From Acidimicrobiia bacterium (GTDB lineage Bacteria; Actinomycetota; Acidimicrobiia; IMCC26256; JAGNEX01), in contig JAGNEX010000008.1 of assembly GCA_018003035.1 (NCBI GenBank), positions 10,167-74,166 on the forward strand: a stretch of DNA of 64,000 nt, given 5' to 3'. Every line of letters starts with the position of its first letter. Positions within the stretch are counted from its first letter, which is position 1. The position numbers and the translations under genes were made by a program. Shown piece after piece: positions 1-9,269 of the stretch. The notes under the pieces are model-generated. The model did no database searches. It was not told where the DNA came from and saw only the letters and a program-made list of their open reading frames with translations.

Positions 1-1
1 G

Positions 2-1390
2 AGCAGGCCTCAGGAGGGCGCGGTGCCAGGCGCCCGGTCGCAGGCTGCGACCGGGCCGTCCCAGAGCGGCCGACCGCCTGCGGGTGCACCTCGTGATGCT
101 CGTGCGCCCGAGCCCCGACGGCTCGACGCCCATGGTCGCGGCCCACAAACGCCCGACCAGGCACCTGAATCGGGCCCACCGGACGGGCTGACAGCGCAAA
201 CCGGAGATCCCCGCCAAAGGGGACCGCATCCCGAAGCTGGCGCGAGCCCAGACGTGCCGTCAGTGCCGCAGGGCTCCAGCCCGCTTGATCGGCCATCCCT
301 CGGGGCGCTGCGCCGCGAACGGGCCAGGCGCTTCGGCCGTGAACCAGCGCCCACACCCTCCAACGAGCCGCCCTCCGCAAGCGCGGGTGCAAGTTCGGGA
401 GCGCCTGTTCGATCTCAGCCCGGTCGTCCCGCCGCAGGGCCTCCTCTGGACGACGGCCCCACGCCCGTCTCTCCGGCGGCTCAAACTCCGTCACCTCAAT
501 CCCCGGCGTCGCTGTCCGGCCCACGGGCAATCACCGGGTCGCGTGACGATGCGAGCGCGGCGCCGCACGCCGTTCCGCCAGACGAGTACGACCTTCCCGA
601 GACCCCGAGTTACGACGACGGTGATGACGGCTTCTTTGGGGAGCCGCAGCCGGCCGAGCGACCGCACCCAGCGGAGCCTCAAACCCGCGTGGTCCGTCCA
701 GTAGACCAGGCGTCGTCCCGAGCTCCGATCGATCCGACTGACCAGCCGTCGCGCCTCGCCGCGTCGCCGGCCGACCTACCGAACCCGGCCAGATCAGCCT
801 CGCCGGTACGCCAAGTCACTCCTTCCCGACAGGCCACTCCGTCCCGTCAGGCCGCTCCTTTCCGTCAGGCCACTGGGGGGCGACCGACGGACTCTGGAGG
901 TGGTGCACCCGCAATGGTGGACCGCAATGGGCAGCTGCTGCGAACACGTCCGGCCAGCGCGCAGGCCCGCGTCGAATCTGGCGGTGAGGTGACCCTCGAC
1001 AATGCAGTGCTCGCCTGGCCTCAAGCGCTCGCTCGGCTCGATCCTCGACTCCAGCGTCGCGCCGCAGAAGCACAGCCGATCGCTCTAGAAGGTAACGAAG
1101 TGGTGCTCGGGCTCAGGCTGATGGAGTCAAACATTCACCACGACTCGATCCGCCACCATCAAGCCGACATCGAAGCGGCCCTCACCGCCGAGATCGGCCA
1201 GCCCATCACGCTCAAAGTTGTCACACACGGCGGCTATACCGGAGATGGCCCCAACCCGGCTCGCTTGGCTCGCGCCAAGCCCCAACCGCCCAAAGACGAA
1301 CAACTAGCATCCATCGAGCGGCTCAAGACCGCATTCGACGCTCAGGTCGAAAGCGAAGTCCACAAATCCCGCGCGGAACGCAACTCCTGA
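2..1390 (+). CDS. dnaX: DNA polymerase III subunit gamma/tau, C-terminal portion (5' end outside window)
   Basis: The frame is open from the window edge. A long Pro/Ala/Ser-rich linker precedes a conserved C-terminal block (LDNAVLAWPQAL..NEVVLGL..ITLKVV). It is followed directly by ybaB and recR, the canonical dnaX-ybaB-recR synteny. Confidence 0.7.
   Translation, partial: SRPQEGAVPGARSQAATGPSQSGRPPAGAPRDARAPEPRRLDAHGRGPQTPDQAPESGPPDGLTAQTGDPRQRGPHPEAGASPDVPSVPQGSSPLDRPSLGALRRERARRFGREPAPTPSNEPPSASAGASSGAPVRSQPGRPAAGPPLDDGPTPVSPAAQTPSPQSPASLSGPRAITGSRDDASAAPHAVPPDEYDLPETPSYDDGDDGFFGEPQPAERPHPAEPQTRVVRPVDQASSRAPIDPTDQPSRLAASPADLPNPARSASPVRQVTPSRQATPSRQAAPFRQATGGRPTDSGGGAPAMVDRNGQLLRTRPASAQARVESGGEVTLDNAVLAWPQALARLDPRLQRRAAEAQPIALEGNEVVLGLRLMESNIHHDSIRHHQADIEAALTAEIGQPITLKVVTHGGYTGDGPNPARLARAKPQPPKDEQLASIERLKTAFDAQVESEVHKSRAERNS
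809..874 (+). repeat. Imperfect 18-bp tandem repeat (about 3.7 copies) inside the dnaX linker
   Basis: Units are cgccaagtcactccttcc / cgacaggccactccgtcc / cgtcaggccgctcctttc / cgtcaggccact. They encode RQVTPS-RQATPS-RQAAPF-RQAT. Confidence 0.6.
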
Positions 1391-1472
1391 CGCCTGTGAC
1401 CGGCATGCCGCCGTCATCGCTCAGCTCATAGAGAGCGCCGCAGACCCTCCAGCGATCCCATCGGAGCACATC

Positions 1473-1802
1473 ATGAACCAGAACCAAATCAACAAGATGA
1501 TGAAGCAGGTCCAGCGGATGCAGGCCGATATGGCCGAAGCGCAGGCCAGCTTGTTGGACGAGACCGTCACCGGGACCGCCGGTGGTGGTGTGGTCGTCGC
1601 GACGTCGAACGGCTCCGGTCAGCTGCTCAGTATCAAACTGGACGAATCGGTCGTCGACCCCGAAGACATCGAGATGCTCCAAGACTTGATCGTCGCTGCG
1701 GTAAACGAAGCAGACCGTTCGGCTCAGGCACTCCAGCAGGAGCGGATGGGAGCCGTAACCGGTGGTATGGACATGGGCTCGCTGGGCGGGTTGCTCGGAT
1801 AG
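1473..1802 (+). CDS. ybaB: YbaB/EbfC family nucleoid-associated protein
   Basis: 109 aa. The N-terminus [21 protein letters not shown] and the later [18 protein letters not shown] are typical of YbaB. It sits between dnaX and recR. Confidence 0.9.
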   Translation: MNQNQINKMMKQVQRMQADMAEAQASLLDETVTGTAGGGVVVATSNGSGQLLSIKLDESVVDPEDIEMLQDLIVAAVNEADRSAQALQQERMGAVTGGMDMGSLGGLLG

Positions 1803-1804
1803 TC

Positions 1805-2443
1805 GTGGGAGCATACGACGTTGCTACCCAGACCCTCATAGACGAACTGGGTCGACTGCCGGGCGTGGGCCCCAAGTCGGCCCAACGCATCGCCTTCCAC
1901 CTCCTCAGGCTTCCCCAGCAGGACGCCCTACGGCTGGCGAGGGCGATCGAAGAGGCCAAGGCGCGAGTGCGCTGGTGCGAACGTTGTTTCAATCTTTCCG
2001 AAGCTGAGCTGTGCCGAATCTGCGCCGATCCCGGCCGTGATCACCACACCATCTGCGTGGTCGAACAGGCCCAAGACATCGTCGCGATCGAACGAACAGC
2101 GGGCTACAAAGGGGTGTACCACGTTCTTCAGGGGTCCATCGCTCCGATCAACGGCATCGGGCCCGAACAGCTTCGTGTACGTGAGCTGCTCGGACGCCTG
2201 CAGTTAGTTCCGGTGCGTGAAGTGATTCTCAGCACCAACCCGACCGTCGAGGGGGAAGCGACCGCGCTCTACCTGGCGAAATTGCTTGGCTCGCTCGACC
2301 TCGTCATCAGCCGGCTCGCGTCCGGACTTCCCGTCGGTGGCGACCTGGAATACGCCGACGAGATCACCCTCGGCCGAGCGCTCGAACAGCGGCGTCGCAT
2401 CGATACCGGGTCGGGCCCCGCCGCTGAAACTCGGGCGAGTTAG
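1805..2443 (+). CDS. recR: Recombination protein RecR
   Basis: Has the HhH motif [17 protein letters not shown], the C4 zinc finger [16 protein letters not shown] and a Toprim-like region ([14 protein letters not shown]). It begins 2 nt after the ybaB stop. Confidence 0.93.
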   Translation: MGAYDVATQTLIDELGRLPGVGPKSAQRIAFHLLRLPQQDALRLARAIEEAKARVRWCERCFNLSEAELCRICADPGRDHHTICVVEQAQDIVAIERTAGYKGVYHVLQGSIAPINGIGPEQLRVRELLGRLQLVPVREVILSTNPTVEGEATALYLAKLLGSLDLVISRLASGLPVGGDLEYADEITLGRALEQRRRIDTGSGPAAETRAS

Positions 2444-2485
2444 GGCCGAACCCGCAAGCCGCAGGTTCGGCCCCAGAGCTAGTCG

Positions 2486-4072
2486 TTACGAGACGACGAA
2501 CTCAATACGCCGGTTGGCTGCCCGGCCCTCTTCGGTGTCGTTGGACTCGATGGGTCGTGTGTCACCAAAGCCGCGTGCGGTCAGTCGAGACGGGTCAACG
2601 CCTTCGGCCACCAACAGGTCGACCACGCTTTGGGCCCGGTCATCGCTGAGCTGTGTGTTGGTCTCGGCCGACCCGGTGTTGTCGGTGTGTCCTTCGACTC
2701 GAATGTTGACGGTCGGATTCTCGTCGAGGACCTGTGCGACGGCCTTGACGGTCTCGGTGCCGGCCGGAGTGAGCGCAGCAGACCCAACTTCGAACTCGAC
2801 GTTCTGTAAGACGTCGTCCAGGTTGGCGTTTGCTTCGGCCACATCGGCCGCCGAAGCTGCTTCTGACACGTTCAACTCGTTAAGGACGCTCCCGCCCTCG
2901 CCGGCCAACGCTCCCGCAGCCTCTTCGGCAGCTGAACGAGCGTCGTCGGTAGAAACGCGGCCTTCGAGGGTCACCTCTCCGACGACGCCCGAGAGGATGA
3001 CTGTGCCGCCGTCCTGGGCGACAATCTCAAGCGGCGCAGAAATAGCCTCAGCGACTCCGGCAACGGTGTCGGGATCCGCCGCGGACAAGCCTGGATCTAC
3101 TTCGATCCTGTTGTCGACCTCGGTGCCCAATGCCGTCGACACTGCCGACTCGATGGTCTGGCTGGCGTCTTCGGACGGCACTGCCCCTTCCAGGATGGGC
3201 GGCGTGCTCGCCGTGTCGACGTTGACGTTCCAGCCGTCTGGCATGGCGGCGCCATCGACTGGTCCGACGTCGGTCGTATCCGCCGGTGTGGTCACGGTGA
3301 TGTCGTTGACGACCGTTGTCCCGGCACCGGTGGCGGCCTGGGCGGCGGCGTCGAATGCCGTCGTCGCTGCCGTCGCATCGTTGGCAACGCCGGTCAATGA
3401 GTAGGCGCCGTCAGCGAAGCTCACAGCAAGATCCTCGACGCCTGAACCGGAGTTGAACGCGGCGCCAGCCATGGTCGCGAATGCTTGTGCCCCGGCTTCG
3501 CCTAGCGGTGTGCCGTCGGCCTCTTTGACTGTCAGCTGGTCTTCCAGCGTGGCGTCAGGGAACTGGTTCACGATCGATTGGCGCAGCGCCGCGGCAGTTG
3601 CTTCGTCGAACGCGGTGCCGCTCAAGGTCAGAACGTCGCCGTCTTGGCTGAGTCGCAGCGTGTTCGGATCTGGCGTCGACGCGTCATCGAGCACGGTCGG
3701 GTCGGTGGTATCGGACAACGGGGCGGAACCGGCGGCGAAGTCGTCGGTGACGTGGCGAACTCCGGTCCCGTTGCGAACCAGGTCGTGTGCCCGAGCGATG
3801 TCCGGATCCCCCGGGTCGAGTGGACCCGAGATGGTGGCGTCGCGCCCGACGAACTCGACGTCGACTTCACCGAGGTCCGCATCGTCGAGGACGGTCCGAG
3901 CCTTTGATGTGAGCTCGTCTTGGATCGAGTCCCGAACCGGGAGCATGCCAACGGCAAACAGCGCAGGAAGCCCTATGACCGCGGGGACCCAGCCGTACCA
4001 ACGGGGTGCGGTCGAACGTCGGCGCCGGCGCGTTTGGTCGGGAACGTTGTTGGACGAACGCGAGTCAGACAT
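2486..4072 (-). CDS. Membrane-anchored BON-repeat / OmpA-C-like peptidoglycan-binding protein (ArfA-like architecture)
   Basis: Has an Arg-rich N-terminus and one TM helix, followed by several BON-like modules (DATISGPL.., DVLTLSGTAFD.., TVILSGVVGE..). The C-terminal OmpA domain reads NVEFEVGSAAL..RVEGHTDNTGS..NTQLSDDRAQSV..GFGDTRPI..NRRIEF. Confidence 0.85.
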   Translation of the reverse strand: MSDSRSSNNVPDQTRRRRRSTAPRWYGWVPAVIGLPALFAVGMLPVRDSIQDELTSKARTVLDDADLGEVDVEFVGRDATISGPLDPGDPDIARAHDLVRNGTGVRHVTDDFAAGSAPLSDTTDPTVLDDASTPDPNTLRLSQDGDVLTLSGTAFDEATAAALRQSIVNQFPDATLEDQLTVKEADGTPLGEAGAQAFATMAGAAFNSGSGVEDLAVSFADGAYSLTGVANDATAATTAFDAAAQAATGAGTTVVNDITVTTPADTTDVGPVDGAAMPDGWNVNVDTASTPPILEGAVPSEDASQTIESAVSTALGTEVDNRIEVDPGLSAADPDTVAGVAEAISAPLEIVAQDGGTVILSGVVGEVTLEGRVSTDDARSAAEEAAGALAGEGGSVLNELNVSEAASAADVAEANANLDDVLQNVEFEVGSAALTPAGTETVKAVAQVLDENPTVNIRVEGHTDNTGSAETNTQLSDDRAQSVVDLLVAEGVDPSRLTARGFGDTRPIESNDTEEGRAANRRIEFVVS

Positions 4073-4073
4073 G

Positions 4074-5873
4074 TCAGTCCTCGTCTCCGGTACGGCGGCC
4101 GGCGACCAGGCGATCGGTCAGCGCCGTGAATCCCTCTTCATCACCCCGGACGAGGTAACCGGCTTGTTCCGCCCAGGTGGGCAGGCTCGGCGCGAGTCGA
4201 AGTCCCGCAGCGTCCAACGCGTCCCGCAACTGTTGTTCGTCGGCGTGGTGGAGTTGGGCAAAGGTGGTGATACCAGCATCGTTGAGGGCTCGCTGCATGG
4301 CGGGACCAATGCCTTCGATTCGCTTGAGATCGTCAGGGTTGACCGCTGCGAAACCGGCCACTTCGAAGGCGTGGAAGGTACTTCCGTCGCTGGGGGGTAC
4401 ACCGGCGTTTAGCCATTCGGTGTATTCGTCGAAGAGGTCGGTTTGCCCTCTGGCCAGCAGACTGGCTTGATTGGCCCAGCTGACGACGCTTGGGGCCAGA
4501 CGCAGGCCGTCGGCCGCAATCACTTCTTTCAGCTGGTCAGGAGTCCGTGTCGAGAGTTCAGCGAAGGTGTCGATTCCGGCTTTGTGCAGGGCTGTGGCCA
4601 TTGCGGGCCCGATCCCCTCGATCCGGGTGAGGTCGTCATCGCGTCCACCAGAACCGCTCAGCGCACCAACGCTGTCGGTCGATGCTGGTGTCGATCCCGA
4701 TGCGCCCGGTCCGGGAACGAGACCTGAGGGCCGGTCGCCCGACAGGCCGGAACCAGCCAGAGCGCTCGAAGTCGTGTCATTGTCGCCGAAGTCGTCGGGG
4801 TCGACCACATAGTCGGCGTCGGCGTCGCCTACCGCTGCGAACGAGGCCGCCTCTGAAAAGTCGTCGCCGTCAGCATCAACGTTAACGTCGCTGGCAGTTC
4901 CCTCAGCTCGGCCCGTCACGGCGCCGGTGACGAGGTCAGCATGGGCAGTGCCAACCGCAGCAAACGATGCTGCTGGAGCGTCGGGGTCAACCTCCAGGTC
5001 AAGGTCTGACGAGGCGCTCGAGCCCAGTAAGGCTTGGGATGACGCTCCGTCCGACGTGGCCCGCGCCGCCTGAGTCAACCGGTCCCGCTCCAACACGAGG
5101 GCAGCGATCTCCGCGCGGGTCTGGTCGTGTCCCGCTTGGGCGTGCGAAAGGGCGACGCGAAGCTCGTCGCGCTCTAGGCGGAGGCGCGACGCATGTTCTT
5201 GTGCTCGGTCCCGCTCTTCGGTGCTTTCCGCCAGCGCGACGGTGAGGGCATCGCGCTCGTTGATCGCAACGGCCAACTCGTCGGCCGCCTGTAGCTCAGC
5301 GTTCGCCACTTCGCGGCCGGCACGGAGTGCTGTGACCTCTGCCTGTTCAAGTTCGGCGGCCATGACGTCTTCTTCGGTTTGAAGGATGTCGACATCGCCC
5401 TTGAGGGTTTCGATCTGGCGTGACAGGTGGGTGTTGGAAGCCTCGGCAGCTTCTAGATCGGCCCGCAGCGACAGATTCTCGGCCGATACCGCCTGTAACT
5501 CGGCAAACAACGCATCCGCGTCTTGACGTGAACTGGCCGCGTCCTGAGCCTGGAGGATGTCATCGTCGGCCATGAACGACAGTTCGGCGCCGAGTTCGTC
5601 TTGTTCGGCTTGAGAAGTTGCCAGGGCGCCTTCAAGCTCTTCGACCCGACTGCGCAGCGACGCCGTTGCGCCTACGGCTGCCGCTGCATCGGATTCGTGC
5701 TGCTTGGAGGTCTTTTGAGCTTCAAGGAGGCTGGCCCGCAGGTTCTGGTTGTCGTCCTCAATTGAGCGGGCATTCTTGCGATATCCGTAGATCCACCACA
5801 GGTACCCAGCCAAAACTCCTAGCAAGAAGGCCAATATCAAAAGCACGGCAAGCTGTGCGGTGAACCACCCCAT
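4074..5873 (-). CDS. TM-anchored coiled-coil protein with two helix-hairpin-helix modules
   Basis: I chose the start at MGWFTAQLAVLLILAFLL (GAAGGGA Shine-Dalgarno upstream). A long heptad-like Ala/Glu/Leu/Arg region and an acidic low-complexity region follow. Two ~80-aa repeats then begin DDL(T/K)RIEGIGPAM..AGI(D/T)TFA(E/Q)L. The stop lies 1 nt before the start of the OmpA-like gene. Confidence 0.7.
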   Translation of the reverse strand: MGWFTAQLAVLLILAFLLGVLAGYLWWIYGYRKNARSIEDDNQNLRASLLEAQKTSKQHESDAAAAVGATASLRSRVEELEGALATSQAEQDELGAELSFMADDDILQAQDAASSRQDADALFAELQAVSAENLSLRADLEAAEASNTHLSRQIETLKGDVDILQTEEDVMAAELEQAEVTALRAGREVANAELQAADELAVAINERDALTVALAESTEERDRAQEHASRLRLERDELRVALSHAQAGHDQTRAEIAALVLERDRLTQAARATSDGASSQALLGSSASSDLDLEVDPDAPAASFAAVGTAHADLVTGAVTGRAEGTASDVNVDADGDDFSEAASFAAVGDADADYVVDPDDFGDNDTTSSALAGSGLSGDRPSGLVPGPGASGSTPASTDSVGALSGSGGRDDDLTRIEGIGPAMATALHKAGIDTFAELSTRTPDQLKEVIAADGLRLAPSVVSWANQASLLARGQTDLFDEYTEWLNAGVPPSDGSTFHAFEVAGFAAVNPDDLKRIEGIGPAMQRALNDAGITTFAQLHHADEQQLRDALDAAGLRLAPSLPTWAEQAGYLVRGDEEGFTALTDRLVAGRRTGDED

Positions 5874-6141
5874 GACCAAAGGTCCCTTCAATTGTGTAGG
5901 CGACGAATGCCCGGCTTCTTGTCTGACCCAATTGGACGGGAAAGGTCGCGCGCTGCGTAGCTGGCAGCGTTCCACAACGTCGCGCATCTGTCGATTGCCG
6001 TCGTCCAAATGAGCGACGTTTCGGCCCGTACGAAGGTGTTGCGCTCAGCAAAAGTCAAAAGAAGCTGGTCGTCGGCGAAGACGTTGCAGGTGGGGTATAC
6101 CTGCTGGCTCTCCGACCGGCGGTGTTGCTGGCTTTGGGTCG

Positions 6142-6495
6142 TCAGCCGCGGTTCTCAGATTCGTCCAACCGGGCCTGGGCGAGTTCGTCGACGATCGTGC
6201 TGTCGGCCATCTCGGTGCCCGCACGCTGAACGGCCCTCGACACCATGTGTGCAGCTACCGGCGCCGTCAAAAACTGGAACACGACGACCAAGGCCAGTTT
6301 TGTGATCTCTGGTTCGTCGTCCATCCGCAACATGGCCCCGACACAGACAAAACCAATCCCAAAGGTCACCGCTTTGGTGGCCGCATGCATCCGGCTAAAG
6401 ACGTCGTCGAACCGCTGCAATCCGATACCTGCGATCAAGGCGAATGCTGCGCCGACGAGCAGAAAAACAGCGGATATGACGTCCATCACGCTCAC
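6142..6495 (-). CDS. mnhG: Monovalent cation/H+ antiporter subunit G
   Basis: 117 aa with 3 TM helices. Has the motif FALIAGIGLQRFDDVFSRMHAATK typical of MnhG/MrpG. It is the last gene of a 7-gene overlapping operon. Confidence 0.85.
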   Translation of the reverse strand: MSVMDVISAVFLLVGAAFALIAGIGLQRFDDVFSRMHAATKAVTFGIGFVCVGAMLRMDDEPEITKLALVVVFQFLTAPVAAHMVSRAVQRAGTEMADSTIVDELAQARLDESENRG

Positions 6496-6755
6496 CGTGC
6501 GCCCCGCCTATCGATGAACTTCGAGACCATCAATGTGCCGGTAAAGCCGATCAGCGAAGCCACAATCATCACGTCCAAATAGATCCCGTTAGACGTCACA
6601 GCTGACCACACACCTATCCCGCAAATGATGATCACCATCAGCGTGTCGAGCGCGACCACCCGATCGGCGAACGACTTTGCGATGACTGCTCGGCGGACGC
6701 AGAGCAGCCCAGCGAGGATCAACATCGCCATGGAGATGTAGCCGACGATCTTCAT
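6492..6755 (-). CDS. mnhF: Monovalent cation/H+ antiporter subunit F
   Basis: 87 aa with 3 TM helices. Its position in the Mrp operon and 4-nt overlaps with both neighbours support the call. Confidence 0.8.
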   Translation of the reverse strand: MKIVGYISMAMLILAGLLCVRRAVIAKSFADRVVALDTLMVIIICGIGVWSAVTSNGIYLDVMIVASLIGFTGTLMVSKFIDRRGAR

Positions 6756-7357
6756 GGGTGAGTCGCCTCCGACGCCGCAGCGATTCGCTTGCGTAGGTCA
6801 TCTCGACGTGCGTCGACATCCTGGATCGACGCGGTGCTCCCAAAGGCTTTCAGCAGCGCCGCCTGCAAATCGAGCACGTCGAGGACCGATTGATCGCGGC
6901 TCGACAGGTGCATCACGTGAACGTAGAGGACGGCGTCGCAAGCGCTTCCCTCCTCGCTGGCTGATACAGCAGCGTTGGAGGTGTTGTCCGCCGGCGAGTC
7001 GACGTCGACGGTCATCGTCCCCGGGGTCAAGGTGATCATGTTGCCCAGCGCAGCCAAAAGGAATCGGCCCATCGGTGCAACGGGTACGGCGATGATGCCG
7101 GCACGGACAGAACTGCCAGGTGTGATCACCTCTTGAGCGACAGCGACGTTTGACTTCGCGAGCAGCACCATGAAATACCCCGACAGGCGCAGCGCGGGAA
7201 GCAGTCGGAAGGTCGTCGTATCTGGCCCAGGCTTCGGCAACGTCGGCCAGATGAGTAGCGCGACGGGAATGCCCGACGCCAGGTTCGCGACAGAGAACGA
7301 ACCCCACAACAAGCACCAGACGATCACCAGCCAAGCCATGAAGGCGCCGCGCCTCAT
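6752..7357 (-). CDS. mnhE: Monovalent cation/H+ antiporter subunit E
   Basis: Start taken at MRRGAFMAWLVIVW, an ATGA overlap with the mnhD stop. The longer 330-aa ORF in the track runs antisense-free through mnhD and is Arg-rich nonsense. Confidence 0.75.
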   Translation of the reverse strand: MRRGAFMAWLVIVWCLLWGSFSVANLASGIPVALLIWPTLPKPGPDTTTFRLLPALRLSGYFMVLLAKSNVAVAQEVITPGSSVRAGIIAVPVAPMGRFLLAALGNMITLTPGTMTVDVDSPADNTSNAAVSASEEGSACDAVLYVHVMHLSSRDQSVLDVLDLQAALLKAFGSTASIQDVDARRDDLRKRIAAASEATHP

Positions 7358-8841
7358 CGCAACACCGCCTGCACGTAGGCGGAGTCGGCGCCGGTGTCCA
7401 TCAGTTCTTGGGCTGCCTCTTCGGCGACCCGATAGATCGGTCCAGCAGCCACGGTGATGACGAGACAGCCGACGACTGCAGCTGCGGTTGCGGCCGCGCT
7501 GAGCGGCCACCGTCGGCCCGAAACATCGCCTTCGGGTTCGGGATTGACCCCCCAGAACACTCCAGACCAGATCTTGGTGATCACATAGATCGCCAGCAAA
7601 GACGCAAGCAGTGCCGTCGCCATGATCAGCCACGAGTGCTCGAGTGCCGCAGCTTGGATCAGGCCGAGCTTGGCGGCAAAGCCGGCGAGCGGAGGTATCC
7701 CTGCAAGGCTCAGCGCCGCGATGCCGTACCCAGACGCCAACCACGGGTACCGGTGCAAGAGCCCCCCGGTGTCCCTGAGGTTCGCCGAACCTGTGAGCTG
7801 TTCAACCCGACCGGCGATCAGGAACAGAGCGGTATTTACGACGATGTGGTTGATCACATAGAAGATCGTCGCGGCCAGACCGAACACGGTGAACAGCCCC
7901 AGTCCCATCAACATGAAGCCCACGTGGCTGACCGACTGAAAGCTGAGGATCCGCCGCATATCGTCCTGGGCGATCGCGCCGAGCGCCCCCACGATCATCG
8001 TGATTCCCGCCAGGACAAGTAGCAGCGGCCACGCTCCGTCGTGCGGGAAGAGCAGCGTCTGGCTCCGGATAATCGTGTACACCCCGACCTTGGTGAGCAG
8101 CCCCGCAAAGACCGCGGTCACCGGGGCAGGGGCTGTGGGGTAGGCGTCCGGAAGCCAGAAAAACAGCGGGAACAAACCCGCTTTGATGCCAAAGACCAAC
8201 AAGAAGTACACGCCCAGACCCGTGCGAACCGCTGGTTCGATACCAGGCATCGCAATCGAGATGTCGGCCATGTTCACCGTGCCGGTTGCGGCGTAGACCC
8301 AGCCGATCCCGATGACGAGCAGAACCGATGCGATCAGCGAGATAACCACGTACGTCATACCGGCGTGCACCTGGGAGCGCGAGCCGTTGATGGTCAGCAG
8401 CACGTAGCTCGAGATGAGCATGACCTCAAAGGCAACGTACAGGTTGAACAAGTCGCCGGTGACAAACGATGCGCTGATACCGGCCGCAAGAAGCAGATAG
8501 ACGGGGTGAAACGCAGCAGAGCTGTCGTCGCCGGCGTCGGAGCCGACCGTATAGAGCGCCACGATCATGAGCATGGCAGCGCTGACGACCAACATCACCG
8601 CTGCAAGCGTGTCTCCGACCAACGTGATTCCGACCGGGGCGGGCCACCCACCCATGTTGGATACCAGTATCCCGTCGCTGCGGACTTGCGAAAACAGCCA
8701 GATGGCGTTGGCGAGGAGCAGGGCCAGGGTGACGCTGGTGACGATCCGTTGGAGCGTTCGGCTTGGAGCGCTGATGAGCGATACCCCTGCGCCGATGACC
8801 GGCAGGATGACCGTTGCCGGAAGGGCGATGTCTGGCGTCAT
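7354..8841 (-). CDS. mnhD: Monovalent cation/H+ antiporter subunit D (NuoM/N-like)
   Basis: 495-aa polytopic protein with proton-pumping antiporter-like motifs (FNLYVAFEVMLISSY, WLPDAYP.AP). Confidence 0.9.
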   Translation of the reverse strand: MTPDIALPATVILPVIGAGVSLISAPSRTLQRIVTSVTLALLLANAIWLFSQVRSDGILVSNMGGWPAPVGITLVGDTLAAVMLVVSAAMLMIVALYTVGSDAGDDSSAAFHPVYLLLAAGISASFVTGDLFNLYVAFEVMLISSYVLLTINGSRSQVHAGMTYVVISLIASVLLVIGIGWVYAATGTVNMADISIAMPGIEPAVRTGLGVYFLLVFGIKAGLFPLFFWLPDAYPTAPAPVTAVFAGLLTKVGVYTIIRSQTLLFPHDGAWPLLLVLAGITMIVGALGAIAQDDMRRILSFQSVSHVGFMLMGLGLFTVFGLAATIFYVINHIVVNTALFLIAGRVEQLTGSANLRDTGGLLHRYPWLASGYGIAALSLAGIPPLAGFAAKLGLIQAAALEHSWLIMATALLASLLAIYVITKIWSGVFWGVNPEPEGDVSGRRWPLSAAATAAAVVGCLVITVAAGPIYRVAEEAAQELMDTGADSAYVQAVLR

Positions 8842-9269
8842 GGCGTCGCCACCCCATGTCCGGGGTCGCCTGGGCCGGGCAGGAGTTCTTCTTCGTCCGC
8901 GAGCCGTCCTTGTTGGGCCATCAACGCGATGCGACGGTCTTCAAGGTCGTTCTCCACTTCGTCGTCATGGGTGAGGGTCCATCGGCGATATGCCAGCGCC
9001 AGGAGGAAAGCCGAAACACCAAAGCCGATCACGATCGCGGTCAGGGCCAACGCCTGCGGTACCGGGTCGACGAGCTTTTCAGTATGTCCATCACCATGAA
9101 CGACCGGCGGTTCGCCAGCGCGCCCGCCGGTAGCGAGCAGCAACAGGTTCACCGAGTGGCCGATAAGGCCCAGCCCCACCACGATCCGGGTGAGTGACCG
9201 TTGAAGGATCAGATAGACGCCGATACCGAACAAGGCGCCAACCAAGACGACGAGGGTCAAGCTGATCAT
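8838..9269 (-). CDS. mnhC: Monovalent cation/H+ antiporter subunit C (NuoK-like)
   Basis: NuoK-like N-terminus (LVGALFGIGVYLILQRSLTRIVVGLGLIGHSVNLLLL). Overlaps both neighbours by 4 nt. Confidence 0.85.
   Translation of the reverse strand: MISLTLVVLVGALFGIGVYLILQRSLTRIVVGLGLIGHSVNLLLLATGGRAGEPPVVHGDGHTEKLVDPVPQALALTAIVIGFGVSAFLLALAYRRWTLTHDDEVENDLEDRRIALMAQQGRLADEEELLPGPGDPGHGVATP

Noticed and set aside
2286-3404. 372-aa plus-strand ORF, and similar long ORFs at 3453-4412, 8041-9099, 26437-27906 (minus), 36092-37462, 39724-40569 (minus) and 62660-63835 (minus)
   Set aside because: Each lies antisense to a gene with clear family motifs (OmpA-like, MnhD, M23 peptidase, geranylgeranyl reductase, subunit IV/Rieske, PccB). 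Their products are Arg/Pro/Ser/Gly-rich with no recognisable motifs. They are the usual stop-codon-poor antisense frames of high-GC DNA.
6752-7744. Long 5' extensions of track ORFs: mnhE to 7744, methyltransferase to 55580, ccr from 56416, hemA to 50119, thiolase to 22594, coiled-coil protein to 6008, mnhA to 12260
   Set aside because: The extensions overlap neighbouring genes or divergent promoters and encode Arg-rich low-information sequence. Internal Met or Val codons give family-typical N-termini, often with a Shine-Dalgarno sequence or an ATGA/GTGA overlap, so the shorter starts were used.
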